64,000 nucleotides of DNA. Source: Eledone cirrhosa (lineage: Eukaryota). The stretch is taken from assembly GCA_964016885.1 (NCBI GenBank), contig OZ024743.1, positions 193,192,001 to 193,256,000 of the forward strand, read 5' to 3'. Below the pieces are notes generated by a model. It had not been told where the DNA came from, searched no databases, and saw only the letters and a list, made by a program, of their open reading frames with translations. Shown here piece by piece: positions 1 through 12,809 of this stretch. How positions within the stretch are numbered: the first letter of the stretch is position 1; each line of letters starts with the position of its first letter. Both the position numbers and the translations under genes were made by a program.

Positions 1-1467
1 AACCTCTCTAGTGCTAGTGCCACGATAGAATGCACCTAGTACAGCACGAGAACATATGTGAGATGCAAGCTGCTGGCTTGTATCAGCACTCAGTAGAGTG
101 CAGGACTGTATGCATGCGAAATGCAGGCCCCTGGCCCACCTGAGAGGTCAGTAGCTCCGCTTGTGTACTGTCTCGATCAGTGACAACACATCTTACGCTT
201 GCCAGCAAGGAAAACGAGTATATGATGATGATGAGGTACATTTCCCTCATTCATTTAAATATTATCAATTTAATTGCACTATACAAATTCAATAGTGATA
301 TTTGATTTAATCAATTATGTAAACTGTTACTAACACATTCCATTCATTCTCATACCCCCCCCCCCCCCACCCACACACACACAAAAAACAAAACAAAACA
401 AAAAAAACTATAGATAACTCATCATGGTATTCTCTATCACAAATATAGATGATGATGGATTCAGCAACTTATAGCCTGTCTCAAAACAGGTAAATGAGTG
501 AAGGTAAAAAAATAAGAGCACAGAACAAAAGCTCTATCACAGATAACTATAAAAACTGTAAATTTCAAATGGACTGTCTTGCTAACATATTTCAGATACA
601 AATAGCACAAAATCAGTCATAAGCAGCCAAATGCAGTGGTTCATGCCACTTATTATTTTTAAATTCTGATTTCAATCATTTGACTGTGACCATGCAGAGA
701 CACTGGCTTCAAGGACTCACAAATTACATTTGACTCCATTACTTTTGTACTTATTTCATCAACCATGAAAAAAAGGGTGCAAAAGGGCATACAGACATAT
801 ATATATTTATAAATAAATAAATATTGTTGTCTCTATTCCATTAGTTTTTCCAATTGCTAATACCATCTATCGGTAGCAACTCCAGGTAGAAGGAGCAATG
901 TGAAATAAAGTGTCTTCCCCAAGACATAACGCATCACCCCCGTCTGAGAATTGAACTCACAACCTCATGACTGCAAATCTAATTCTCTTACCACTCAGTC
1001 ATGCGCCTTCACATACAGACATAAGTATTAGTAAATGTGAGAATAAGTATTCAATACTATAGTAGAGATGAATAGTTTATTAAGGCCTGATCCAAGTGGC
1101 TTGTTTCTCTGAAGTTTCTCCTGCATGTTGCAGGTTCCTCAGTCAGTTAAAGACTGGATACAATGAATATAAAGTATGTTGTCTTTTCCATCACATATTG
1201 TACCGACCATGAATTTTTAACATTAAACGAAATTAAAGTTTAATGTTAGCAGCACAACAAAAACATGTTAAAAATATGCTTGATTGATTGGCACTTGGCA
1301 GTCTAATAGAATGCTCCACTTTAGAGATGCAACGCATTGTTATATTTTTCTGGAGGTTAATTACATCCCTATGGAGAAGGGATGATTGAAGGGTTTAGTG
1401 AGGACTAGCAGTATTTAAAAGAGGATGGGTCACTGCCAAAACTGATAGCCTTTTTAGGTTGGAAAGA

Positions 1468-1652
1468 AATAATTGTTTCTACTTTTTGGCACAAGGCCAG
1501 CAATTACCCAGTGCATTACTGGTACTTTATTTTATCGACCCCGTAAGGATGAAAGGCAAATTTAACCTCGGCGGGATTCAAACTCAGAATGGCAAGGGCC
1601 GTAACTATGCGCCAAAGCATGGAGTCCGACCTCTACTGATACTGCCAATCCA
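1468..1652 (-). mobile_element. tRNA-derived SINE, family S2
   Basis: Reverse complement of the 6916-7100 copy: A-box-like TGGCAGTATC, B-box GAGTTTGAATCC, central GCCTTTCATCCTTACGGGGTCGATAAAAT. Confidence 0.75.
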
Positions 1653-1930
1653 CCAATGTTATAGAGACAGACTGATTATACTACAGACCCCATAAGGAAA
1701 TTTTAAAAGGGGAGAACAAGAAAACTGAGGAAGAAGACCAAAACTAGAAAGTGAAAATGATGACACATTGACTCAATGAATAGAGATTCTTTAAGGATGT
1801 AAGAATATCTTATGAAAATCTTTGAATGACAAAAGAATCATTTTTATGGGAAAAAGTGCACATACTATGTTGAACCACAAATATATATAACATAATTGTA
1901 TACTCAAAATACCATTAAGTATTTGTCTCT

Positions 1931-2749
1931 AAGATTGTCAAGAAGGCCGAGGGTGTCTTGGCATCACTCAGCAAGACCTTTGTTAGCCGCTCTCCAGCCA
2001 TCTATTTAAAACTGTATACAGCTATGGTGCGACCACACTTGGAATTCGCATCATCAGTCTGGAACCCCTATCTTGCTCGGAACATTGACCTCCTGGAAAC
2101 TGTTCAGAGACGTGCAACCAAGCGCATACCCTCCATCAGACACCTACCATACTCTGAACGCCTTGCTTCCCTGGGCATGGATTCATTGAAGCTCCGACGT
2201 CTGGCAGTGGACTTGGTGAATACCCACAAAGTTTTTAACCATCTCGCCAACTGCAACCCTGAGCGCCTCTTTGATCTCCATGTGTCTAACACACGTGGAC
2301 ATGCCTACAAGATAAGAAAACAGCACAGCTCCCATGACTTTCGCAGACATTTTTTCACGCTCAGAGTTGCTGAAACATGGAACAAACTGCCTGCGTCAAT
2401 TGTTAGCTGCCGAGACACTGCATCCTTTAAGACACTCATGCTTCCCGAAATACGCCAAAACTACACCTGATGTGCCCCTTCCATACACATGCACACATGT
2501 GTGCACTGTTCATTTTACTGATGTTTGTGCATTGCCCTATGTACTGTACATGCACTTTTTTGATGGGTTGTGGTGCACCTGGGCACTGTGCACAATATTT
2601 CATTATTGTTATTGTTATTATATCATGACTCATACACTGTTTATTTTCCTGACATTTGTACATTATTCTATGTACTATACATGCACCTTTGATGAGTTGT
2701 AGTGCACCTGAGCACTGTACACAATAATTTCATTATTATTATTATTATT
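1931..2749 (+). mobile_element. 5'-truncated CR1/L2-group LINE (ORF2 C-terminus, 3' UTR with internal duplication, (ATT)n tail)
   Basis: ORF 1958-2470: LYTAMVRPHLEF...VW.P...LETVQRRATK...RGH...FF.LRV...WN.LP. Confidence 0.9.
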
Positions 2750-4127
2750 GTCTTTTCTTCTTAAAATTCTAAACAATGATTTTTCTAATTGTATATATTA
2801 ATTAATTGCCCAGGGATACTATAGAACAACCTATAACAGTTGAGTAAATAATGTGTCTTTTCCATCACATATTGTACCGACCATGAATTTCTAACATTAA
2901 ACGAAATTAAAGTTTAATGTTAGCAGCACAACAAAAACATGTTAATAACAACACATGCAACAAAAATATGCTATTGGCTACCTGATACCCAAACAAGGAG
3001 ATATAGAGAAGGTGAATTATTTAACAAAATTATTCACATGCAAGCCAACTATATAACACATCAGAGCTATTAATATATGGTTTACAGTAACTATCTATAA
3101 CAAATAATACAGTCTTGTGTTGAAAATCATTTTTACTATAAATGTGTATGAATACAATAAGTAAGCTGTTTTGAGTTTCATATAGAATGCTTATCTTCAA
3201 AATTACGACTTCCTTTTGATAACAACTATCTAAGTACATTTATATATTACTAGCACTGAAATATAAGACACTGCTACACCACCACTAAAAAAATATTTTT
3301 CAAGGAAAAACTCTTGGAATTTCTACGAGATAACCTGAATCTAATATCATCAGAAGTTACTGACCTTAGATAAATGCTTACTTTCAGAAAAGAAGAATTA
3401 ATTTCTATATTTTCACAGATTAATACCTAAATGTATACATGTGTGTGGGCACATGCACACTTACAAAATGTGTGAACACCTTGCTTCCTACATATCCAGT
3501 TCCAGAAAATATTGTAGAAAGCCTAAAAATATAAGGAATGAGTAGAGGTGACATAGGGTAGAGAGAACACGTTAGTCTTAATGAAGACTGGTGGCACAAT
3601 AAAATACACCTAGTCAATGTTATGAAGTGGCTGGTGGTGAGAAGGGTATCCAGCTATAAAAACCAACAAACAAACAAAAAAAAAAACATGCCAAAATGTC
3701 AAAGAATTAAGTCCCAGCACAGACAACCTATGAAGGATAACAATAACTCTAAAAAATAAAAATAAACATAAAATAAACTGGAACTACTGAACAACTAAAC
3801 AATAAAACAGAGTCATCATTAATTGTAGATAACTTTTTGAAACTTGATTTAATTTAAAATCTACTCTAGTTACTAGATAAGTATTCAGTGGAATAACCAA
3901 TGAATACTGAGAAAAGAAACACAAAAAGAGCAGAAGAAAAACACAGATCTATGGTTAAAAGGAAGAAGTATTATGCAAGCCACGCATTTTCAAGGAGGAT
4001 AAACAAAGGACTGACACCAAAATACCTCAAGTGGAGGAGAATCCCCATCCCTGGTAAGATTAGAATCACCCGAACGGTATCGGAAAGAATAGTTCAGCAC
4101 GCCGCCGGAAATGGGTTCAAAAGATAC

Positions 4128-4262
4128 CTGCGTGCGGATCACTTTCTCATCGGGTTGGGCATCGCGGAAGTAGATTCCAACTTTATCTACAGTTACAGCA
4201 GAAAGTTTCTGCCAGCCATCGGCTTTGACCACAAGCTGATTGACACGAAGTTCATGAGTTTC
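4128..4262 (-). CDS. VPS13D: VPS13D exon (135 nt; possible in-frame extension to 4026)
   Basis: tttcag|GAAACT...ACGCAG|gtatct; GWQKLSAVTVDKVGIYFRDA; second in-frame donor GAG|gtattt after 4026. Confidence 0.8.
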
Positions 4263-5997
4263 CTGAAAAACAGATTTCAAAGAATGAAAAATAAAAAATA
4301 CATTACAAAACGTCTATAAGACACCCAATTTTAAACCATACAGTTTACTGTGATAGATATATTTTAATAATAATTATAATTATGTTTTTGAATACAAGCA
4401 CAAGGCTACAAATTTAGAGTTGATTAGATTGAGAATAATTTCTAATTTTGATATGACAGAAATAAAAAAGTTTTAAAAGAAGGATATAATTGACTTAACT
4501 AACTCTACTGTTTGTCTGGTATTTTCTGAATGAAATGATTATTGATGAAAGACAAAATGAAAGTCTAGCAAGAATTGAATCCTATTGAATTTAATTTTTG
4601 CCTTTCATCTTTTCAAAGTTGATAAAATCTGTAGCAATTAGACAACAGTGTTGATTCAATTAATTATATTTTTCTCTTGAAATATATGTAAGTGTGCCAC
4701 TGTTAAGAACCAACAAAGTGGTATGGTACTGAAACACTGTTCATTAAACATTGTTTTATTACATATCTTATATTTAAATGACAATATACTATGTTTATAA
4801 TTAATGGCGAAAACAGGAAATTGATTTAGAACTGATGATTAAAAAAATCTAGCGATAACAGCTCTAGGTTAGTTGGTAAGTGATATTTACTGCTTTATGA
4901 TATTTTTGTTAGCAGACCTACACTCTGCTAGGATATATGTTGATTTCTTAATTGTTTAATTTTGAATAATAACAGCAAAAAGCTGTTGATACCACAACAT
5001 AAAGTGAACAATGATAGACAAGCACAATAAGGAGTTTCTATGTAGTCATTTGACTTGCTCAAAAACAACAACAAAATTTCACTTAAAATAGAAAGTCCTA
5101 AATATATTATGTCTGAATAAAATATATCTGGAGAAAAAAAAAACAATGGAATGGTCATGGTTGGACTGTTTTTGATCATAAATCTGTTTAATCAAAACTG
5201 ACCATTGGCTAAACAACAACAGTGATAATTTAGACTGACTGATAAAACAAGTAAAACAATATGATGATTTATAATAATGTACATTTTTTATCAATTGTTT
5301 GTTATTTGCCTTGGTGGTATGATTTATTATTCATGGTATCAACTGTTTTAACAGCTGTTAGCCTTTCATACTACTAACCATTAGACTAAGAGTTCCAAAC
5401 ATTTTTTTGTCCCATTTGACTTAGTAACCTTTTAAAAGTAAATTTACCACTATCCTGTTTAAGTTGAATTTACATCACTACCCTAATACAATAGCCAACA
5501 AAGGGGAAATTTTAAAATACATCTTCACCATCATCAGAGGTAACACTTTCTCCATTGTCCTCTGGGGTTCTACACATCAAACAGCGTTCCCTACAATATC
5601 CAGGCTTGTATCATTGGGGTAGCAATGTTTGAGTACTAATCAACTAGATATAGTTGTTAGTCACACATATGACTCGTCACACCATTTGGTCAGCTATCAT
5701 CACCACACATTTGGTCAGCTATCTACCATCACTACACAGACCTACTTGATGAACAGACTGTATGACTGACAAGTGTTCAGCCATGCTGAGGTTTTCTTTC
5801 AACTTTGTCATTATATATATATTTCTTGAAAGAGTCATTCTCTATTTATAGGTGAGTCTACTCAGCTGTTTAGAGTTCAAGTGTTTTCTTTGTTACTGCA
5901 CACAATACAGAGCTAACAATAAGCTGTAAACCACTGATCCTCTAAATTAGATACATGCCTTTCAAAATACAATTTCTTAAAATAAATAAATATCTAC

Positions 5998-6136
5998 CTT
6001 GTGTCGAATTTTCTCTCTCCTTTGGAAGAAGAATGGGACTTCTTCATATGGTTTGACCTGCTTCCATTCTGTTGCTTTAATATAAGCATCAGTCATATTT
6101 TCCAACAATCCTCGCTTAGTGTCAACTCCAGACACA
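5998..6136 (-). CDS. VPS13D: VPS13D exon (139 nt, phase 2-0)
   Basis: tttcaag|TGTG...CACAAG|gtagat; WKQVKPYEEVPFFFQRREKIRHK. Confidence 0.85.
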
Positions 6137-6915
6137 CTTGAAAACAAAAGTTCATATTGACAGCATAAGTAATAATTTATTTTATATTTTTACGTAGATG
6201 GTCTGAAGCAAGCAGTAAATTTTGTTATTGAGTAAATATTTGAATTTCTGCAATATTTTTTTCATAAGATGCCAGAAATAAGGGCAATGCCAACAACTAT
6301 TGCAGCCCCCACCCCCAGACATGTAGGTCAGTTGGTGTCAATAAGAAAAACAAGGGCAGCGATAAAATTCCAGAAGATGCAGTTCTAGAGAGGAAGGATC
6401 AGAGAGGGGGATACAGTAGAGTTAACAAGGAAAGGGAAGATGAGTTTGGTTAAATAGTATATACAGGTAGCTAGTTGAGAGGAGTATAAATCATTGTAGT
6501 AGCAATAGAAGAAGCAGAGAAAAGAAACAGCGTGGCTGTCAGCTTGTAGCTGAAGCATGTTAGCGAGTAAACCTTTGTTAACCATGCAAATGACCTTCGT
6601 TGAGATTTGGTAGGGGATGCCTGTATGTTCAATAGCAACATCATCCCACAAAATGTAAGCAATACTCCAGTGTGAAGGTTTAGATCTGTAACTCATTAAA
6701 TCAGAATATGTTGCAGAAATTAATTAAGAGCATCAGATGTGACATTTTATTAATCCTAGCTTCTGCTTTATAATTCTGAATTTAAATCCTCTTCTAGTCA
6801 ACAAACAAAATACTAATAATTATACAAGGAGATAGCTTTTCTACCTTCATAAAGTACAAAATAAAAATGGAACATCAGAATTGCCTTTAATTCTGCATAA
6901 GGCAAGTGTTTTTTT

Positions 6916-7100
6916 GGTGGATTGGCAGTATCGGTAGAGGGTCGGACGCCATGCTTTCCAGCATAGTTACGTCCCTTTACGATCTGAGTTCAAATCCCAC
7001 CGAGGTTAACTTTGCCTTTCATCCTTACGGGGTCGATAAAATAAAGTACCAGTAATGAACTGAATAATTGCTGGCCTTGTGCCTAAAGTAGAAACAATTA
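6916..7100 (+). mobile_element. tRNA-derived SINE, family S2 (further copies about 15776-15962, 15980-16190, 29700-29840, 30540-30710, 31806-32030)
   Basis: A-box TGGCAGTATCGG, B-box GAGTTCAAATCC; central block resembles the Meta-type SINE domain as I recall it; multi-copy in the window. Confidence 0.75.
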
Positions 7101-7613
7101 ATTACAAACAAATACAATTATTCTTTCTTATATAGAGTGTAAATTGAAGAAAACTTGGCTAGTCCAACAAACAATAGAGAGGCACCCTTGCTGACTCAAA
7201 AAAACTTTAGTTGCATATTTAGATTTATTTGTTGTATTTTTTGTGCACATATGCAACAACAATGAACATTTCATTTTATACACAAATTTACTACATCTGA
7301 ACTTAATTCTATGGTTAGTGAAAACAAGAAACAGTTGTTCAAAAGTGTCCAAGTTAACGCCTACAACATATACAATACAAAGCCTACAACTTAAAATCTA
7401 CAACATACACAAACACATACTGTTTGATCCTTTTGATTGAAGAATACAAATTATGCATACAGTCAAGTATTATTAAGTATAGCAAAATAAAAATATATAC
7501 TGCATGCTTAGGATGCAGTTTTCTGTTGCTACGGGCATGATATTAACAAAAGAAATTCATGTGTATATATATATATATAAAATGGAAAATATCTAGCTAT
7601 TCAATAAACTTAC

Positions 7614-7763
7614 CATGCAGGTGTTGTGGTTACGGTCAAAAAATGGAATGGCAGTCCTGTGTGATTTCGTATGACAAAAGGCACAAATGGAATACGTTTC
7701 TGTAGACCAAATTTTTTGGCAACTGTTTGAGATAATTTTGATGATGAATCCTTGCTGGAGTTT
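7614..7763 (-). CDS. VPS13D: VPS13D exon (150 nt, phase 2-2)
   Basis: cattgcag|AAAC...GCATG|gtaagt; KRIPFVPFVIRNHTGLPFHF. Confidence 0.85.
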
Positions 7764-8439
7764 CTGCAATGAGACCATGTGTGAGAAAATTCTATAAATG
7801 GTGCATTTCACTGAAAATTCAATTACTAATAAATAAGTGGTGCACACAAAGGAGTGAGGCCTAATGGTTAAGGTGTTGAACTCATGATTATAATCAGCTC
7901 ACATCTATGTGGGTTTAGCTGGCTTCCTACTTCATTGGGAGTTTCTTGGGTGTTTTAACCTTTTCCATATATATAACTACCTATATCATTAGTTTTATTC
8001 CTGGAGAAAAATGTTTAATTTCATGTTGCTTTTCATGATGGGGCCCTTCTCATGAACCATTTCATTACCACATTCCTAATGAAAGATACTACATATAATT
8101 TTCAAATCCTTTTGAAAATAATAAAAAAATTCAAAGAGATTTTGTAATATAACTAACTTTCTTGTTAGTTATCTGGTGCTTGGATCAGAACTTAAATATT
8201 TTTACTTAAAAAAAATTATGGTTTTTGGATAAATATAAACACTTTAAAATAAATAGCTTATTATCATAGAATCATAGGTGGTTATATATGGAAAGGGTTA
8301 TAACAGCCAAGAAACTTCCAATGAGATACAACCTTGTAGGAAGCCAGCTAAACCCACATAAGTGAGCTGTAAATTCATTTCAATTTTTCCAAGTGGCACA
8401 CACACGTGTGTGTGTGTTGTAGTATAAATTGTATACAGG

Positions 8440-8775
8440 AATAGTGCTGGTGCCATGATAAAATGTACATAGTAAGGTGGTAGTGTTGGTGCAATGCTGA
8501 AAAGAACTTAGTTCACCCTGTAAGGTGGTAAAGCTAGTGCCACAACAAAAAGCATCCAATACATACTGTAAGATGGTAGTGCTGGATTCTTGATAAAATG
8601 CTCCCAGTACACTGTAAAGTAATAGTTGTTAGGAAGGGCACCCACCTATAGAAACCAAGTCAAAAATGGAGCATAAGAGCAAGACACAGTCATCTGACCA
8701 GTCAAGCCTCAGAATGTGATGGCCAGTCTAACCCATGTAAACATGGAAAATAAATGTCAAAAGGTGATGATGATG
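8440..8775 (+). repeat. Degenerate dispersed repeat of roughly 45-50 bp modules (gtgctggtgccatgataaaatgcac...ctgtaaagtgg) ending in an RTE-type 3' end; related copies about 9160-9460, 10870-11180, 19360-20160, 60730-60810, 61590-61830
   Basis: Recurrent motif plus the aggaagggcatccagc...aacccatgc...(tga)n terminus shared with the RTE 3' UTR. Confidence 0.6.
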
Positions 8776-8989
8776 AGAAACAGTTGGGACACCAGTTGTT
8801 ATGAGTATTATTATTAAGAAATCATTAACATTGTATTTCATCATTGGTGTTTCGATGGGTGGATTATAAGACATCATTTTAATTTAGTAGTCATCTACTG
8901 CATATCTGCTCCATCAGATTTCAATGTTAAAAAAATAAAGAAGAAAAGTATGGCAATGGTTACAGTACTAACATAAAGACAATACATGC

Positions 8990-9095
8990 CTGTTTTCTTC
9001 AGTATTTTTGTAATAATCTTCTGTCCACTTCAGTCGTGTCTTTGTGTACTGGTCAATGAAGGCACTGGTCAAATTAATGTTAAGGCAATCCATGG
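8990..9095 (-). CDS. VPS13D: VPS13D exon (106 nt, phase 1-2, probable GC donor)
   Basis: ttacag|CCATG...AACAG|gcatgt; LNINLTSAFIDQY...WTEDYY. Confidence 0.75.
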
Positions 9096-9669
9096 CTGTA
9101 ACAAAGAAAAGTTTAATAAGATAATCTGTAAAACATAAAATCAATAAAAACCTAACAACCTCTTTAGTGCTGGTGACATGATAAAATGCACCTAGTACAC
9201 TCTGTAAAGTGTTTGGTGATAGGAAGGGCATCCAGCCATATAAAACTTGTCAAACAAAGGGTCAAGAGCATGTCAATCTCCCTATTGTTGATGATAAAAA
9301 TGTATCCGCTAAATTCTGTAAAGTGGTTGGTAATAGAAAGGGCATCCAGCTGTAGAAAACTTGCCAAACAAAGGGCTGAGGGGAGTTTTCTGTTGTATCT
9401 AAAATATGACAACCTTCTTATTGCTGGTGCCATGGTAAAATGCACCTAGTGCATCCTGTAGCGTGGGAATGTATGTAAGCGAGATTCTGCCCCTTGCTTA
9501 GTTGAAAGGTTTGGTCTGTACTAATCTATCCAACCATTGCTAGTAGGGAAAATAAACATTAAATGATGATATATGTGTGTGTGCATGTGTATATGCATGT
9601 ATGTACATATATAGTTGGGAAAATGGGTATTAAATGATGATGATGATTTATGAATTATATTTAACTTAC

Positions 9670-9731
9670 AGTCAATCTTTACTTCTAATTTCCTTTCAGA
9701 TTCTTCTATATACTCCCAGTTGATATTGCAC
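9670..9731 (-). CDS. VPS13D: VPS13D exon (62 nt, phase 2-1)
   Basis: tttcaag|GTGC...GACT|gtaagt; CNINWEY...LEVKID. Confidence 0.8.
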
Positions 9732-10142
9732 CTTGAAATAAAAACAAAACAAATTAAAGTATTAACTAAAAAGAGAGACAAAGAAATTATAGAATAAATT
9801 CATTTTATGTATGAATTACTATTATTTCTACACTTTAATACAATAAGAATCCTCAAATATAGCCATTAGCATGGAAACAATAACTAACAACAATTTAATG
9901 AATTAAATACCCACAAAAAGAAATGGGTACAGGTTTCTTAATTAGAAATGTCTTAGTAGATTTATTTATAGTAAGGTTAGAAAGGAAGTTGTGATGTGAC
10001 ATATATGTCATTATAAAATAGCTTAGTAGTGTAAGCAAAACAGTTATTGCTGGGACTCAAAACTGAACTGGCTTTAGCACTTTAATGTTCTTGCAACTTT
10101 CAAACAAGAACCACTATTCACACACTATTAGCAAGTTGAAGC

Positions 10143-10220
10143 AGTAAGACACACATCCTATTAACTTAGAACTAAGGAGTAAGACACACATCCTATTAAC
10201 TTAGAACTAAGTAGTAAGAT
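10143..10220. repeat. Short tandem repeat, about 35-bp unit, 2+ copies
   Basis: agtaagacacacatcctattaacttagaactaag repeated. Confidence 0.8.
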
Positions 10221-10302
10221 TGACACCATATTAACTTAGCCAGTTAAAGCCAGTTAGCTAGTGGAATAAGTTAAAAAATATTTTTTCTTGTTTTTGACTT
10301 AC

Positions 10303-10420
10303 TTCCAAACTTCAATGAAAGGTTCCCATCCAGACAGTTTGCGATTGTAATAGTCTCCAAGTAATTTGAACATACCGCGACCCACTTTCTTGGGGAGGAG
10401 CTGTTGGTGAAGTTCTAAAT
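10303..10420 (-). CDS. VPS13D: VPS13D exon (118 nt, phase 1-2)
   Basis: tttcag|ATTTA...TGGAA|gtaagt; GDYYNRKLSGWEPFIEVW (hallmark VPS13 WEP motif). Confidence 0.92.
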
Positions 10421-10546
10421 CTGAAACACCATGATAAAACAACTCAGATGATCAGAGTAATTTGACACACACACATACATAGACAGACAAACAAATAAAT
10501 AAAAAAATAAAATAAAATGTCATTGCATCAGAATGTGATAACTTAC

Positions 10547-10628
10547 AGTTGAAAGAAATTTCTGCAAGTGGTACATCAGCATCTTTACAATCATCGATGA
10601 GACATATACAAATCGATGAGGCTTTTAT
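10547..10628 (-). CDS. VPS13D: VPS13D exon (82 nt, phase 0-1)
   Basis: tttcag|ATAAAA...AACT|gtaagt; ICICLIDDCKDADVPLAE. Confidence 0.9.
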
Positions 10629-11555
10629 CTGAAATTAAATTTTTAAAAAATTAGCATCAAAGTCACGAAATCAAAGTTAGTAATGCCTCAAACGAGACAA
10701 CACATCTAACTCATGCTAACGTGGAAAATGGATGTTAAACAGTCATGACGATAATGATGATTCGTTTCTGAATTGGTACGATGAAATGATGGGGGAGGGA
10801 ATATTTGAAACATGAAGGTAGAAAATAACGAAACTATATCACTATATTTAACAATAATAACATTACAAAACATAATTTTTGGTGCCACAATAAATGCACC
10901 CAACCCACTCAGTAAAGTGGTAGGGCTGGTGCAATGAAAAAAAACACCCAGTCCACCTTGTCAGGTGGTAGTGGCAGTACTACAATAAGATGCACCTGCA
11001 GTAGATACCACAAAGAGGTTGGCATTAGGAAGGGTATCCAACCATAGAAATCAAGTCAAAAATGGAATGTATGGGCAAAACAGAGTTATCTGACTTCTCT
11101 GGTTGCAGAACAGGATGACCCATCAAACCCATGCAATCACGAGAAACTAGACGTAAAAAGAATGATGATGATGATGATGACGACTCTAGTGAATGCAAGC
11201 AAGGTTGAGTGGTGAAGAAGTTTGCAATTATGAGGTCTTGAGTTTGAACCCAGTGCATGGTATCTTGGGTAACCATCTTTACAGTAGCCTAAGGTTGACC
11301 TAAGGCTTGTAAGTAAAATTAGGGAGATGGAAACTATGAAGAAGTCTATTGGGTAGATTGTACTTGTAATTCAAAGGTCCAGCCTTATGATACATTGTAT
11401 CATGCTGATTCAGCTTGGGAATTATGTTAAGTGTATACGTATCTGTGGAATATTCAACTGCTTGCCTGTTAATTTAATATGTTGAACATTCAGTTGATCA
11501 AACAACTGAGTGCTCATTGTCAAAATCGTTAGAGGATCCGTTACCACATACAAGT

Positions 11556-12060
11556 ATTATAATAATAATGAAATTATTGTGTAAAGTGCTCAGGTGCACT
11601 ACAACTCGTCAATATAGTACATAGAATAATACACAAATGTCAGGGAAGTACATGTTTGTATGTGTTAGCTGTAATGTTGGCGGATCTCGGGAAGCATGGA
11701 GGCCTTAAAGGATGCAGTGTCTCGACAGCTAACAACTGATGCAGGTAGTTTGTTCCATGCTTCAGCAACTCTGAGCGTGAAAAAATGTTTCCGAAAGTCA
11801 TGGGAACTGTGCTGTTTTCTTACTTTGTGGGCATGTCCACGTGTGTTAGACACATGGAAATCGAAAAGGCACTCAGGGTTGTTGTTGGCAACATGGTTAA
11901 CAATTTTGTGGGTGTTTACCAAGTCAGTTGCCAGGCGTCGGAGCTTCAATGAATCCATGCCCAGGGAAGCAAGGCGCTCAGAGTATGGTAGATGCCTGAT
12001 GGAGGGTATTCGCTTGGTTGCACGTCTCTGAACAGTTTCCAGGCGGTCAATGTCCTGGTT
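11556..12060 (-). mobile_element. 5'-truncated CR1/L2-group LINE, same family as 1931-2749
   Basis: ORF 11665-12150 nearly identical peptide (LETVQRRATKRIPSIRHLPYSERL). Confidence 0.9.
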
Positions 12061-12265
12061 TAACTCAAGACTATTATCATCATTGTTTTTACATCCACTT
12101 TTCCATTCTGTTAAGGGACAGGACTTTTTGAGGCAATGTTTTACAGCCAAATGTCCTTCCTACACACGACCAACATGTAAAATATAATTGATTAAGTTAA
12201 ACAAATTTGAATTGATTTTATTTTTTTGATAAATTCTGAATCAAATATGTATAAATTATTTTTAC

Positions 12266-12450
12266 CTCAATACCCGTTAAAAACCAAGAATTTTGTTCAA
12301 CATTGGAAGCTCTTCTAGATGATGAATATCTCGTCTGATGACCACCTTGGTCACTAAAACTGCTCCTATTAGAAGAGCAATGTAGGCCAGGCAATGCATC
12401 AACTGAACTCTCCCCAAGAGGTAACATTTCAACTTCAGGCACAGCTGGAA
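12266..12450 (-). CDS. VPS13D: VPS13D exon (185 nt, phase 1-0)
   Basis: ttttcag|TTCCAG...ATTGAG|gtaaaa; ends FLTGIE, continuing into IKASSICIC. Confidence 0.8.
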
Positions 12451-12809
12451 CTGAAAATATATAAATAAATAACACTGAATCAATCATATTCATTAAGTGT
12501 TGAGTAAATTTTAAATGTGTGTAAGCCGCTTCAACACAGGTTTTTTTATTATAAAAAATAGCCAAACAAGTTAGACATGTAATTCCTTAGAGATGGACCA
12601 TCTACTTTTTCTGTCTCTAAAGGCTTATATGCCCAACTTGTTTGACTATTTTTCATAGTCATAAAACCTGCAACAAAGTGACTTACCTTCAGTTAATAAA
12701 CATCCAAAATTCATTAATGAATAAATAACTAAATGACAGCTGGGTTACTTAACAAAATGGGTTAAAATAAAATAATAATTATGAGTCAGAAATATGTCTA
12801 TAAACAAAC

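Noticed and set aside
3900-4319. 139-aa basic plus-strand ORF
   Set aside because: Antisense to a VPS13D exon; no recognisable domain.
12680-12745. Strong donor-like GAAG|gtaagt as a possible missing UBA exon
   Set aside because: Both nearby acceptors give in-frame stops in the required phase and no UBA-like peptide.
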